Part shown: piece by piece, positions 30,588 through 39,980 of the stretch | How positions within the stretch are numbered: position 1 is the stretch's first letter | Layout of the letters: every line of letters begins with the position of its first letter | Assembly: GCA_035477775.1 (NCBI GenBank) | Contig: DATIKH010000085.1 | Coordinates: 3,981 to 67,980 of the forward strand | Origin: Bacteroidales bacterium | GTDB lineage: Bacteria > Bacteroidota > Bacteroidia > Bacteroidales > UBA7960 | DNA length: 64,000 bases | Direction of reading: 5' to 3' | Notes under the pieces: model-generated | Databases searched by the model: none | Told to the model about the DNA's origin: nothing | The model's input: only the letters and a program-made list of their open reading frames with translations | Translations under genes and position numbers: made by a program

Positions 30588-31793
30588 TCATCTTGTCAAT
30601 CCTGAATAATTTAATGCCAACCCGCCCTGGCTGGTTTCCCTGTACGATGCTTTCAAGTCCAGGCCGGTTTGTTTCATAGTTTTGATTACCTCATCGAAGG
30701 TAATCCTATGCTTGCCATCAGAAAGAAGGGAGTAGGTGGCACATTCCAGAGCCCTTACCGCAGCCATGGCATTTCGTTCGATGCATGGTATCTGAACCAG
30801 GCCGTTTACCGGATCGCAGGTTAGCCCGAGGTGATGCTCCATGCCCATTTCAGCGGCATATTCAACCTGTAATACCGATCCTCCTAACAGTTGAACTGCA
30901 GCCCCTGCCGCCATGGAGCAGGCAGCCCCTATTTCGCCCTGGCACCCTACTTCGGCTCCCGAAATGGAAGCATTGGTTCGGATTAAATTGCCTATGAGGC
31001 CGGCAGTAGCCAATCCTCTTATAATCCTGGTGTCGGACAGCTTATAGGTTTTCTGCAGCGAATACAGGACACCCGGAAGAACACCTGCCGAACCGCAGGT
31101 GGGTGCTGTAACAATGCGCCCCCCTGCAGCATTTTCTTCGGCCACAGCCAGGGCGTAAGCAAAAGTATATCCGGTGCGCTTAAGAAGGTCGGAAAAGGTC
31201 TTGCTCTTGGTATAGTATTGAGGCGCCCGACGCACCAGGTTAAGGCCACCCGGCAGGGAGCCCTCCTGCTCAAGGCCACTTTCAATGGCATCTTTCATGA
31301 CTCCCCAAACCTTTCCCAAATAATCGAAAATGTCGGGGTAATCATATTCCTTCACATACTCCCACATGGATTTTTCCTGCGCCTGGCACCAGAGCAGGAT
31401 GTCGTGCATGGTATGAAGTTTATAGACGTTTTCGGAAAGATTGTTTGTTTCGCCCTCTTCCATTAGGTTGCCACCTCCAATGCTATAAACACGCCATGCT
31501 GCAATGGAATAACCGGTCTTTAATGCTTCGAACTCCATGCCATTGGGATGCAAAGGGAGTTCAATATCTGGTTTCCAGATGATGTCTAAAGGCAAAGGAT
31601 GAAAAGTAGCAAGGAGGATGGTATCCGTAAGGTGGCCGGCACCTGTAGCAGCCAAACTGCCATAGAGGGTAACCCTGAAACCATCTGCCGTAGGATTCTT
31701 TGAAAGAAACTGCTCGGCAGCACGCCTCGGACCCATGGTATGACTACTCGATGGACCGTGCCCAATCTTAAATAACTCTTTGATCGTTTTCAA
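30588..31793 (-). CDS. sdaA: L-serine ammonia-lyase (iron-sulfur dependent, single-chain form)
   Basis: N-terminus MKTIKELFKIGHGPSSSHTMGP and the internal TAPTCGSAG motif. Confidence 0.9.
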   Translation of the reverse strand: MKTIKELFKIGHGPSSSHTMGPRRAAEQFLSKNPTADGFRVTLYGSLAATGAGHLTDTILLATFHPLPLDIIWKPDIELPLHPNGMEFEALKTGYSIAAWRVYSIGGGNLMEEGETNNLSENVYKLHTMHDILLWCQAQEKSMWEYVKEYDYPDIFDYLGKVWGVMKDAIESGLEQEGSLPGGLNLVRRAPQYYTKSKTFSDLLKRTGYTFAYALAVAEENAAGGRIVTAPTCGSAGVLPGVLYSLQKTYKLSDTRIIRGLATAGLIGNLIRTNASISGAEVGCQGEIGAACSMAAGAAVQLLGGSVLQVEYAAEMGMEHHLGLTCDPVNGLVQIPCIERNAMAAVRALECATYSLLSDGKHRITFDEVIKTMKQTGLDLKASYRETSQGGLALNYSGLTR

Positions 31794-31806
31794 AAAAACC
31801 TTTCAG

Positions 31807-32562
31807 TTATCTGGTTTTTCCTACGGGCATCAGGTAAACTACAACATATTGTTCGCCTATGTTCAGCAGATTATGCACCTCATCATCGCGGAAAGCCCCG
31901 ATTACGACCGTCCCGAGATTGAGAGCTGCCGCCTGGAGGTGAATGTTTTGCCCCACATGGCCCACTTCGTTATATACGTAGCGTATTCCCCGATCGCCAT
32001 AGCGTCTGGTGGTGCGTTCCATAATTGCAGCAATAACAATTACAGCTCCAGCCTCGCTTACCATGGTTTGGCCAAGCGATGCCCTCGCCAGGTCGCGCTC
32101 TATCTGGCGTGTGTCAACAAGTCTTAGTGCATGTTCCCTTATCTGGTAGTGATAAATGCCTTTACGCAGGCCTTGAACATTATTTACCACCACGTACAAC
32201 TCAAGAGGAAATGTTGCCCCGGCCGAAGGTGCTGTGCGAAATCCCCGCTCATTGGTAATTCCCTGCCCCGACCATAAAATTTGCGACAACTCAGCCAGGG
32301 TAAGGGGCTGATCACTATAGCTGCGGATGGAGCGCCGCAGGGTAAGAGCCCTTTCGAGGCTCATCCGGCCATCGGTAACCGGTCTGGGTAAAGTAATCAT
32401 GGTTCCTTGGTTTTGCTGAGCCACTTCTGCAACATAAGCTTCGGGTGTATTCCCCTGCACTTCGTTGGTTACCGGTGTCGCGTTGCTGAAAAACATGCGA
32501 ACTACCAGAACAACCGCCAGAACTAAAACTAAACTAACGCCAATGTAGATAAACTTTTTCAT
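31807..32562 (-). CDS. SagB/ThcOx-type nitroreductase-family dehydrogenase with N-terminal hydrophobic anchor
   Basis: RRSIRSYS...LSQILWSGQGIT...RTAPSAGATFPLELYVVV...GIYHY pattern of SagB-type FMN enzymes. The N-terminus FIYIGVSLVLVLAVVLVV is hydrophobic. Confidence 0.7.
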   Translation of the reverse strand: MKKFIYIGVSLVLVLAVVLVVRMFFSNATPVTNEVQGNTPEAYVAEVAQQNQGTMITLPRPVTDGRMSLERALTLRRSIRSYSDQPLTLAELSQILWSGQGITNERGFRTAPSAGATFPLELYVVVNNVQGLRKGIYHYQIREHALRLVDTRQIERDLARASLGQTMVSEAGAVIVIAAIMERTTRRYGDRGIRYVYNEVGHVGQNIHLQAAALNLGTVVIGAFRDDEVHNLLNIGEQYVVVYLMPVGKTR

Positions 32563-32661
32563 CTTAAACTTGTGATTGGTTCAGGCAAATATAATGTTTA
32601 AAGGCCATTTCTGCAAGTACAGGGACTTGTTTAGAATTGGAATAAATTTTTTCACTTACGG

Positions 32662-32707
32662 AGTTAAAACTTTCAAAAATATACCTTTGCCCCGTATGGT
32701 TTTAACT
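32662..32707. repeat. 9-bp perfect inverted repeat bracketing the predicted -7 box
   Basis: AGTTAAAAC (32662-32670) and GTTTTAACT (32699-32707), with a 28-nt spacer. Confidence 0.8.
32682..32689 (+). promoter_or_regulatory. -7 box TACCTTTG ~200 nt upstream of the fusion oxidoreductase gene
   Basis: Exact TAnnTTTG match in the 329-nt intergenic region. Confidence 0.4.
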
Positions 32708-32891
32708 TATTTGAGTCCAGGCTAAGGAGTAAACGAAAACAGCAGTTCTGGCTAAAATCCGAATTATCGAAAGCGAGTGAGTAAGTGTACTTTAGATCAA
32801 AATTGTTGTTTTAGAACCTGTACTCATAATTGGTTTTTGAATGGAATGAAATTTTCTTACAAAGTCTGTTTTTTAGGAAAAACCACATTTT

Positions 32892-35800
32892 ATGTACAAA
32901 ATAACCCACCATCCCATCATCGAAATTAAGGATTGTGAAGAAACAAATTTTCTTTACAATGGCTCGAAGGTCTCTGGTAAAAAGGGATTTACTGTGGCGG
33001 CTGCATTACATCAGGCCGGTTTTCCGGTGCACAGCCATAGCCTGACAAACCGGAACCGGAGTCTGGAATGTGGTATCGGGAAATGCAGTGCCTGCGAGAT
33101 GCTTGTTGACGGCGAGATCAGGCGTATTTGCATTACCCGGGTTGACGGTGTCAGGGAGGTTTCCGAAATACCCCGTGACCATATTGCAGTTCCGGCGGGC
33201 TACAAGAATAAGGAAGCCCTCAGGGTTTTTAAAACCGATGTGGTAATAGTAGGCGCTGGCCCGGCGGGCCTTGCTACGCGCGAAATCCTCAACCAATACG
33301 GTGTAAGCAACATAGTGGTTGACAGCAATTCCGAAATTGGCGGACAGTTTAATATGCAGACCCATCAGTTCTTTTTTTACGAAACTGAAAAAAAATATGG
33401 TGGGTTACGGGGGTTTGAAATCGCCCGTTTGCTTGCAGGCGACAACCACGATGGTATATTTCTCGACTGTACTGTTTGGGATGTGTTTGAAGGCAACCGG
33501 GTAGCTGTAAAAAATTTCTCTACACGCGAGATATTTTATATCGATTGCTCTCATTTTGTGGTGGCTACAGGTGCAGTTCCATTTCTTCCAACGTTTCACA
33601 ACGACGACCTTCCCGGAGTTTATACGGCTGCGGTAATCCAGAAAATGATGAACACGGAGCTGACCCTGCTCGGTCGAAATGTGCTAACGGTTGGCGCGGG
33701 CAATATAGGTTACCTGACAAGCTATCAGCTTACTCAGGCAGGTGCCAGGGTTAGGGCAATACTTGAAGCCCAGCGGTACGAAGGTGGGTTTCCTGTTCAG
33801 GCAAACAGGGTTCGCAGGCTGGGAATTCCGGTACTTCTTTCGCACATGATTTTGGAAGCCGTTCCCAATCAAAAAGGTGACGGAATAAAAGGGGCTGTTA
33901 TTGCCAGGGCAGAAAACTTTGTGCCAGTTGCCGGAACTGAGAAAGTGCTCGAAGGAATTGATGCAATCAATATATGCACCGGATTGATGCCCGATGATGC
34001 GCTTTTAGAAAAAGGCCAGGAAATGTTTGGCAGGCGGTGTTACGGTGCAGGCGACGCCCTTCGCATTGGTGAGGGAACCAGCGCAGTGCTTCGCGGAAAG
34101 CAGGTTGCCTATGAGATTCTCGAAAACATGAAAACCCGTTTTCGCTACGACGACTACCTCCTGGTATCGAAAGAATATATCGACTCTCAGCAGCATCCGG
34201 TAAAAATAATCGAACAACCACAGATTCCGACTCCGGAAAGAATGCAAAAGCCCTTTGTGCAGATAGATTGCCTCTATGGATTTGCATGCAACCCCTGTGT
34301 TTTTGCCTGCAAATACGGCGCCATCACCAAATCATCGACCAGCACCATTCCCGAAATTGATTTTGGCAAATGCGTGGGATGCATGGATTGTGTTTATCAA
34401 TGCCCGGGCTTGGCCATTTTTGGTTACAATATCCCGAAAAGTACCTTCATGCTGCCGATAGAGTTTGATATGACTGAGGGCGAACAAGTATTTCTTGTAG
34501 ATAATCATGCCAACATTTTGGGCGAGGGGGTTATTGAAAGGATTCTGCGCAAAAAAAATCTGACCCACATTGCGCGGGTAAAAGGCGTCAATATTTCTGC
34601 CGACAAACAGCTTCAGGTAAGAGGGTTTATCCTGAAGCGCGATTACCCCGGGGAGCTGTCGTTCAGCAGGTATTCCGAAGAGCCATGTCAGGATATTTTC
34701 ATGTGCCATTGCGATGATGTTCCGCTCAAGGAAGTCTTGAGCCTTATTGGCCAACGCAGGTATGTGTCAGTTGAAGAAGTAAAGCACACCACCCACCTTG
34801 GGATGGGGCCATGCCGTGGAAAACGCTGCCTGCAGCGACTGAAGCAGAATCTGCGACCCATGGGCATTGAGCTGATTGGTGGTTCGACACCCAGAGGGCC
34901 AATGTCGAATCAGCTTACCATCGGGGAACTGCTCCCCCGGAGTGCGTCACCACAAGTGGTTACAAACGGTGGTATAAAGAAACGGCGCATCGTTGAAACC
35001 GGTGCCCTGGTTGCTGGGGGCGGAATTGGAGGAAGCGCTTTGTTTCGGTTTCTTGCTGAGGCAGGATACAAACCGGTGATGATCAATGCCGGATTTGGCG
35101 CCTCCTGGAGAAACATTGCCGGCGGAAGGCCCGTGTTTTCCTTGCCCGAACTTACTGAAATCGCCAGACAAAACCTGTCTCTGTTTAAAGACTTGCAACA
35201 GCATGGAAATATTGATTTTCGATTGATCAACTATGTAACCTTCGCGCACGACCAGGCTATGTACCAGGCGCTTGAGAACTCCATGGCCTGGCAAAAGGCC
35301 ATAATGCTCACCCCAGGGCAGTTTAAAAAAGAGGTTTCGCCCTTCTTCAACTCACACAGCAGAAAATACATTGCTGCGCTCAAAACCAGCGAATGTTGGC
35401 AGGCAACCCCGGGTAAGGTGATCGAAGTTCTCCGCAAAATCGGAATTGCCAAAGGAGGCATATTGATGGAAAGCTGCAGCCTGGTGTCGGTTGAAAAAGA
35501 TTCCGGCAAATTCAAAGCCATTGTTCGCGATCATAAAGGGGAATACGTTGAGTATCATACATCAGTTTTTATTAATGCGTTGGGTGACAAAGGCGACCAT
35601 TTTGCCCGGATGCTTGATATCGAAACCGGCCTTTATCCAGTAAAGCATCAGGCTTTTATTACCAGGCGTCTGCCCATGCTTGGCGTTGAAGGCAGGCCGC
35701 TCGACATGCTCATCGATCGCCGAAATTACAAATGCTTTGTTGCTGTTTATGGTCAACAATTAGGCGAAACTGGCCAGATTATTGGCTGTGCTTCGCCAGC

Positions 35801-36122
35801 GGTTGAACCCCTTGAGACCGATAAGAATTTGAAAATTAACAGCCAGGAGTTTGCCTCTATCGTAGCCGAGACTTTTGTAGATTGGATTCCCGAAATTTCC
35901 GCTGTAGGCTTCCAGGCACTTTGGGCAGGTTATTACATTGAACCCAAAATGATCATTGATGTTGAAAAAGGATTGTTTCTTGGTCTTCGCGGGCAAGGTT
36001 TCATGCTTGGTCAATACCTTGCCAAACTGTATGTTGACCAACTGGCCGGGAAAGAAGTGCCCGAATATTTTTACAGGCTGAAATTAGGCAACGACGGCTT
36101 GCTTGAAAAAGCGTTTAAGTAA
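32892..36122 (+). CDS. Multi-domain FAD/NAD(P)- and Fe-S-dependent oxidoreductase: fusion of 2Fe-2S, pyridine-nucleotide-disulfide-oxidoreductase-like, 2x[4Fe-4S] ferredoxin, BFD-like 2Fe-2S and DAO-type flavoprotein modules
   Basis: Cys cluster C60/C65/C68/C80 (ECGIGKCSACEMLVDG). GAGPAG at aa 121-126 and GAGNIG at aa 268-273. CNPCVFAC and CVGCMDCVYQCP at aa 460-504. CHC...CRGKRC at aa 605-646. GGGIGGS at aa 709 onward, a DAO-like domain running to aa 1076. Confidence 0.8.
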   Translation: MYKITHHPIIEIKDCEETNFLYNGSKVSGKKGFTVAAALHQAGFPVHSHSLTNRNRSLECGIGKCSACEMLVDGEIRRICITRVDGVREVSEIPRDHIAVPAGYKNKEALRVFKTDVVIVGAGPAGLATREILNQYGVSNIVVDSNSEIGGQFNMQTHQFFFYETEKKYGGLRGFEIARLLAGDNHDGIFLDCTVWDVFEGNRVAVKNFSTREIFYIDCSHFVVATGAVPFLPTFHNDDLPGVYTAAVIQKMMNTELTLLGRNVLTVGAGNIGYLTSYQLTQAGARVRAILEAQRYEGGFPVQANRVRRLGIPVLLSHMILEAVPNQKGDGIKGAVIARAENFVPVAGTEKVLEGIDAINICTGLMPDDALLEKGQEMFGRRCYGAGDALRIGEGTSAVLRGKQVAYEILENMKTRFRYDDYLLVSKEYIDSQQHPVKIIEQPQIPTPERMQKPFVQIDCLYGFACNPCVFACKYGAITKSSTSTIPEIDFGKCVGCMDCVYQCPGLAIFGYNIPKSTFMLPIEFDMTEGEQVFLVDNHANILGEGVIERILRKKNLTHIARVKGVNISADKQLQVRGFILKRDYPGELSFSRYSEEPCQDIFMCHCDDVPLKEVLSLIGQRRYVSVEEVKHTTHLGMGPCRGKRCLQRLKQNLRPMGIELIGGSTPRGPMSNQLTIGELLPRSASPQVVTNGGIKKRRIVETGALVAGGGIGGSALFRFLAEAGYKPVMINAGFGASWRNIAGGRPVFSLPELTEIARQNLSLFKDLQQHGNIDFRLINYVTFAHDQAMYQALENSMAWQKAIMLTPGQFKKEVSPFFNSHSRKYIAALKTSECWQATPGKVIEVLRKIGIAKGGILMESCSLVSVEKDSGKFKAIVRDHKGEYVEYHTSVFINALGDKGDHFARMLDIETGLYPVKHQAFITRRLPMLGVEGRPLDMLIDRRNYKCFVAVYGQQLGETGQIIGCASPAVEPLETDKNLKINSQEFASIVAETFVDWIPEISAVGFQALWAGYYIEPKMIIDVEKGLFLGLRGQGFMLGQYLAKLYVDQLAGKEVPEYFYRLKLGNDGLLEKAFK

Positions 36123-36222
36123 TCTTTTTTTAGTGGTCGTTGGGCGAAAATGACCCCTTAATTAAGCATTTTGAATTAATTTTCAAGTACTTGGGCAATT
36201 TGGTTATTTTGCATTATAGTAT

Positions 36223-36230
36223 TAAATTTG
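36223..36230 (+). promoter_or_regulatory. -7 box TAAATTTG upstream of yceD-rpmF-plsX-fabH
   Basis: Exact TAnnTTTG match 22 nt upstream of the TTG start at 36253. Confidence 0.5.
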
Positions 36231-36252
36231 CAGCCTTTTATATGGCGGCATT

Positions 36253-36792
36253 TTGAACTACCTCGCTCCATACAATATAGCTTTTGCCGGGCTGATGCAC
36301 GGTAAGCATACCTTTGTAATGGAGGTAAATGAGGATTTCTTTGCTTGCTTCGACCAATCGGAAGTAAGAAAGGGGAACCTTCGGCTTGAACTGTTGCTCG
36401 ACAAGCAGAATTCTATGTTGGAGCTGTATTTTTCAATAAAAGGATTTGTTGAACTCCAGTGCGATGTCTGCCTTGAAGATTATCAGCAGCCCTTAGATGT
36501 GAATAAAAGGTTGTTTGTAAAGTTCGGAGAAACTTTTGAAGAACAAACTGATGAAATTGTTGTAATACCTTTTGGTGAAAGCCATTTTGATATAACCCAG
36601 TTTGTGTATGAGTATATACATCTTGGGTTGCCGATGAGGCACATACATGCTCAGACCAGCGATGGAACACCCGGGTGCAACCCGGACCTACTGGAAAAAA
36701 TGAAGCAATACATGACCAAAAAAGGTTCAGGGACCACCGACAGCGATATGTCGCCTTGGAACGCCTTGAAGGGTTTAAAGTTTGAAGATTAG
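36253..36792 (+). CDS. yceD: DUF177 / YceD-family protein (23S rRNA accumulation protein)
   Basis: Conserved position directly upstream of rpmF-plsX. CDVCLEDY cysteine motif. Apparent TTG start. Confidence 0.75.
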   Translation: MNYLAPYNIAFAGLMHGKHTFVMEVNEDFFACFDQSEVRKGNLRLELLLDKQNSMLELYFSIKGFVELQCDVCLEDYQQPLDVNKRLFVKFGETFEEQTDEIVVIPFGESHFDITQFVYEYIHLGLPMRHIHAQTSDGTPGCNPDLLEKMKQYMTKKGSGTTDSDMSPWNALKGLKFED

Positions 36793-36815
36793 AAATTTTA
36801 TAAATTTTTTCAACC

Positions 36816-37001
36816 ATGCCAAATCCAAAAACCAGATTTTCAAAATCACGCAGGGACAAGAGAAGAACCCACTACAAGGCTTCGGAACCTGCATTGACCA
36901 CATGTCCCAATTGCGGAGCCTCGAAACTCATGCACAGGGTATGTCCTGAGTGTGGCCAATACCGCGGACAACAGGCCATTGAAAAGGCTGCCACAGCATA
37001 G
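36816..37001 (+). CDS. rpmF: 50S ribosomal protein L32
   Basis: MPNPKTRFSKSRRDKRRTHYKA...CPNCG...HRVCPECG is a zinc-ribbon L32. Confidence 0.95.
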   Translation: MPNPKTRFSKSRRDKRRTHYKASEPALTTCPNCGASKLMHRVCPECGQYRGQQAIEKAATA

Positions 37002-37013
37002 GGTAGCATTTAA

Positions 37014-38000
37014 ATGCCCAACAATCCTTTTAAAATGAGAATCGGCTTAGATGTTATGGGCGGGGACTATGCTCCCCGTGAAACTATTGCCGGAGCCATA
37101 CTTGCCCAAAAGGAATTGTCAGAAAATGACAGGATTGTTCTTTTTGGCGATGAGGTTGTTGTAGCTGAAGAGTTGCGCAGCCAGGGCTCCCAACCCGAAC
37201 TGTTCGATATCATCCATGCTCCAGAAACTATTGGAATGGGCGAACAGCCGACCAAGGCATTTTCCCAAAAACCCGACTCTGGCATTTCGTTGGGTTTCAA
37301 ATATTTGAAAAAAGGAGATATTGATTCTTTTGCCAGTGCCGGCAACACCGGAGCAATGCTGGTAGGGTCAATGTACAGCGTACATGCCGTACCTGGCGTG
37401 ATCCGCCCTGCAACAACGGCTATTATCCCGAAAGAAGATGGCCGGGTTGGCATTTTGATAGATGTTGGAACCAATCCCGATACCAAACCGGATGTATTGT
37501 ACCAATTCGGCCTGATAGGGTCAATTTATGCCCAACATGTTTTTGACATTGAAAATCCGAAAGTGGGCCTGCTCAATATTGGCGAGGAAGAGGAAAAGGG
37601 AAACCTCCTGACGCAATCGGCATACCGGCTGATGAAGGATTCTTCAGATTTTAATTTTATCGGTAATGTCGAAAGCCGCGACCTTTTCAAAGACAGCGTT
37701 GATGTTGTAGTTTGTGATGGCTTCACGGGAAACATCCTGTTGAAAAACATGGAAACGATGTATCGGCTGATTGCCAAGCGCGGATATGCCAATGATCCGT
37801 TCTTTACAAGGTTCAATTACGAGAATTACGGAGGAACACCAATACTTGGCATAAATGCCACGGTGTTGGTAGGGCATGGCATATCCAATGGTAAGGCCAT
37901 AAAAAACATGCTGTTGCTTTCAAAAAATGTCCACCAGGCAGGTATTGCAGAAAAAATACGAGTAGCCCTGGACCAGGTGATTAGTTCCGACAATGTTTAA
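37014..38000 (+). CDS. plsX: Phosphate acyltransferase PlsX
   Basis: MRIGLDVMGGDYAP, SAGNTGA and GFTGNILLK motifs. The true start may be the ATG at 37035 (MRIGLD). Confidence 0.93.
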   Translation: MPNNPFKMRIGLDVMGGDYAPRETIAGAILAQKELSENDRIVLFGDEVVVAEELRSQGSQPELFDIIHAPETIGMGEQPTKAFSQKPDSGISLGFKYLKKGDIDSFASAGNTGAMLVGSMYSVHAVPGVIRPATTAIIPKEDGRVGILIDVGTNPDTKPDVLYQFGLIGSIYAQHVFDIENPKVGLLNIGEEEEKGNLLTQSAYRLMKDSSDFNFIGNVESRDLFKDSVDVVVCDGFTGNILLKNMETMYRLIAKRGYANDPFFTRFNYENYGGTPILGINATVLVGHGISNGKAIKNMLLLSKNVHQAGIAEKIRVALDQVISSDNV

Positions 38001-38033
38001 CAGTTAGTTTGTAAAACAGAAATAGTATAGCCT

Positions 38034-39029
38034 ATGCAGAGGGTTTATGCAGCCATTACTGCAGTTCATGGTTATGTTCCTGACTATATTCTTACCAATC
38101 GTGAACTCGAGTCGATGATCGACACTACGGACGAGTGGATTACCACCCGTACCGGTATCAAAGAACGCAGAATACTTAAAGGGGAGGGAGTTGGAACCTC
38201 TTACCTGGGTGCTGAAGCTGTAAAGGGATTGTTGGCGAAAAGAGGTATTTCCCCGGAGGAAATCGACCTGCTAATTTGCTGCACAGTTACCCCCGACATG
38301 AAGTTTCCAGCCACTGCAAACGTGATCAGCGACCTGGCAGGTATAAAAAATGCATTTTCCTATGATCTCAATGCGGCCTGCTCAGGTTTTATTTATGGCC
38401 TGGTTGCAGGATCTCAGTTTGTTGAATCTGGCAGGTACAAGAAAGTCATAGTGGTTGGGGCTGATAAGATGTCGTCGATTGTTGATTATACCGACAGGCA
38501 AACCTGCGTAATTTTTGGCGATGGGGCTGCTGCAGTCTTGTTGGAACCTACTTCTGAACCTCTGGGCATCCTCGATCACGAATTTCATGTTGATGGTTCA
38601 GGAAGAATTCACCTTCACATGAAGGCAGGCGGGTCGGTTAAGCCACCAACCCACGAAACCATAGATGCCCGCGAGCATTTTGTTTATCAGGAAGGGCAAA
38701 CCGTTTTCAAATTTGCTGTTTCCAATATGGCCGAGGTATCGGCATCGCTCATCAAACGCAACCACCTCACGGGTGATGATATAGCCTGGCTGGTGCCCCA
38801 TCAGGCCAACCTGAGGATTATTGAGGCAACTGCCCGCCGCTCAGGGGTTCCGATGGAAAAAGTCATGGTAAATATCGACCGGTATGGCAATACCACCAAT
38901 GCTACCATTCCGCTTTGTCTCTGGGAATGGGAAAAGCAACTCAAAAAGGGCGACAATGTAATCCTGACAGCCTTTGGAGGCGGATTCACCTGGGGCGCGG
39001 TATGGCTTAAATGGGCCTACAACGGTTAG
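38034..39029 (+). CDS. fabH: Beta-ketoacyl-ACP synthase III
   Basis: Active-site context [19 protein letters not shown] and [10 protein letters not shown]. 331 aa. Confidence 0.93.
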   Translation: MQRVYAAITAVHGYVPDYILTNRELESMIDTTDEWITTRTGIKERRILKGEGVGTSYLGAEAVKGLLAKRGISPEEIDLLICCTVTPDMKFPATANVISDLAGIKNAFSYDLNAACSGFIYGLVAGSQFVESGRYKKVIVVGADKMSSIVDYTDRQTCVIFGDGAAAVLLEPTSEPLGILDHEFHVDGSGRIHLHMKAGGSVKPPTHETIDAREHFVYQEGQTVFKFAVSNMAEVSASLIKRNHLTGDDIAWLVPHQANLRIIEATARRSGVPMEKVMVNIDRYGNTTNATIPLCLWEWEKQLKKGDNVILTAFGGGFTWGAVWLKWAYNG

Positions 39030-39071
39030 GGAATACTTCTTTAAAAAAATCCTTTACTTGTAGTTCTTTCA

Positions 39072-39093
39072 AATTCCTGCTCCGGAATTTTTT
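39072..39093 (+). terminator. Weak candidate terminator after fabH
   Basis: AATTCC (39072-39077), loop tgctcc, GGAATT (39084-39089), then TTTT. Only 6 bp and AT-rich. Confidence 0.3.
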
Positions 39094-39145
39094 ACCATCT
39101 GCAGTATTGCAACAACTTGGTAAACTGGTGGTTTGAAATTTCAGA

Positions 39146-39478
39146 TCAGGGCGTATTAAGTTTCGGATTGTTTTTGTGCCGCTCGCTGTCCCGATGGGTC
39201 TTTTTTTGCAGATTCCTTTCCAGGGCATCGGCAAGGTCAACGCCGGTCTGGTTGGCTATACAAAGGAGCACGAAGAGTACGTCGGCAAGTTCATCGTCAA
39301 GTTTGCCTTTGCATTCGCCATCTTTGAAGGATTGATCACCATAATTTCTAGCCATGATCCGGGCCAGTTCCCCTACTTCCTCGGTAAGGATGGCCATGTT
39401 GGTAAGCTCGCTAAAGTACCGGACTCCAGTGGTCTTTATCCACTGGTCGGTTTTTTCCTGGGCTTCCTGTATCGTCAT
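39146..39478 (-). CDS. MazG-like nucleotide pyrophosphohydrolase (small, single domain)
   Basis: EEVGELARI...DELADVLFVLLCIAN is the EExxE...DExxD-type MazG helix signature. 110 aa. Confidence 0.75.
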   Translation of the reverse strand: MTIQEAQEKTDQWIKTTGVRYFSELTNMAILTEEVGELARIMARNYGDQSFKDGECKGKLDDELADVLFVLLCIANQTGVDLADALERNLQKKTHRDSERHKNNPKLNTP

Positions 39479-39494
39479 TTTTGAGCGCTTTTAG

Positions 39495-39947
39495 TTATTC
39501 CTTTGATTTGGAGTCGATGATTATTGTTACCGGCCCATCGTTTACCAGGGCGATCTTCATCTCTGCACCAAACACCCCCGATTTGACTTCTGATTTTGTT
39601 AGTTTCTTTATGGCGGCAATAAATTCGTTGTACAATGGGATAGCAACCTCGGGATTTGCCGCCCGGAAATACGACGGCCTGTTTCCTTTCTTTGTGCTGG
39701 CGTGCAGGGTAAACTGACTTACCACCAGAATTTCGCCCCCTATTTCATCGAGGCACAGGTTCATCACCCCCTGGTCGTCGTCGAAAACACGCAAACGGGC
39801 TATTTTTCCCGCGAGCCATTCGATATCTTCCTGATTGTCGCTTTCTATGATTCCGATGAGTACCAGCAAACCATTTCCTATAGCCGCATGCAGCTTTTGG
39901 TCAATTTCAAGGCTTGCCTTTTCAACGCGCTGAATTACTGCTCTCAT
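39495..39947 (-). CDS. dtd: D-aminoacyl-tRNA deacylase
   Basis: MRAVIQRV...GLLVLIGI...VSQFTL...GNRPSF-like motifs. 150 aa. Confidence 0.93.
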   Translation of the reverse strand: MRAVIQRVEKASLEIDQKLHAAIGNGLLVLIGIIESDNQEDIEWLAGKIARLRVFDDDQGVMNLCLDEIGGEILVVSQFTLHASTKKGNRPSYFRAANPEVAIPLYNEFIAAIKKLTKSEVKSGVFGAEMKIALVNDGPVTIIIDSKSKE

Positions 39948-39980
39948 GGTTGATAAAAAACGATGTTGTATTGTTCAATC

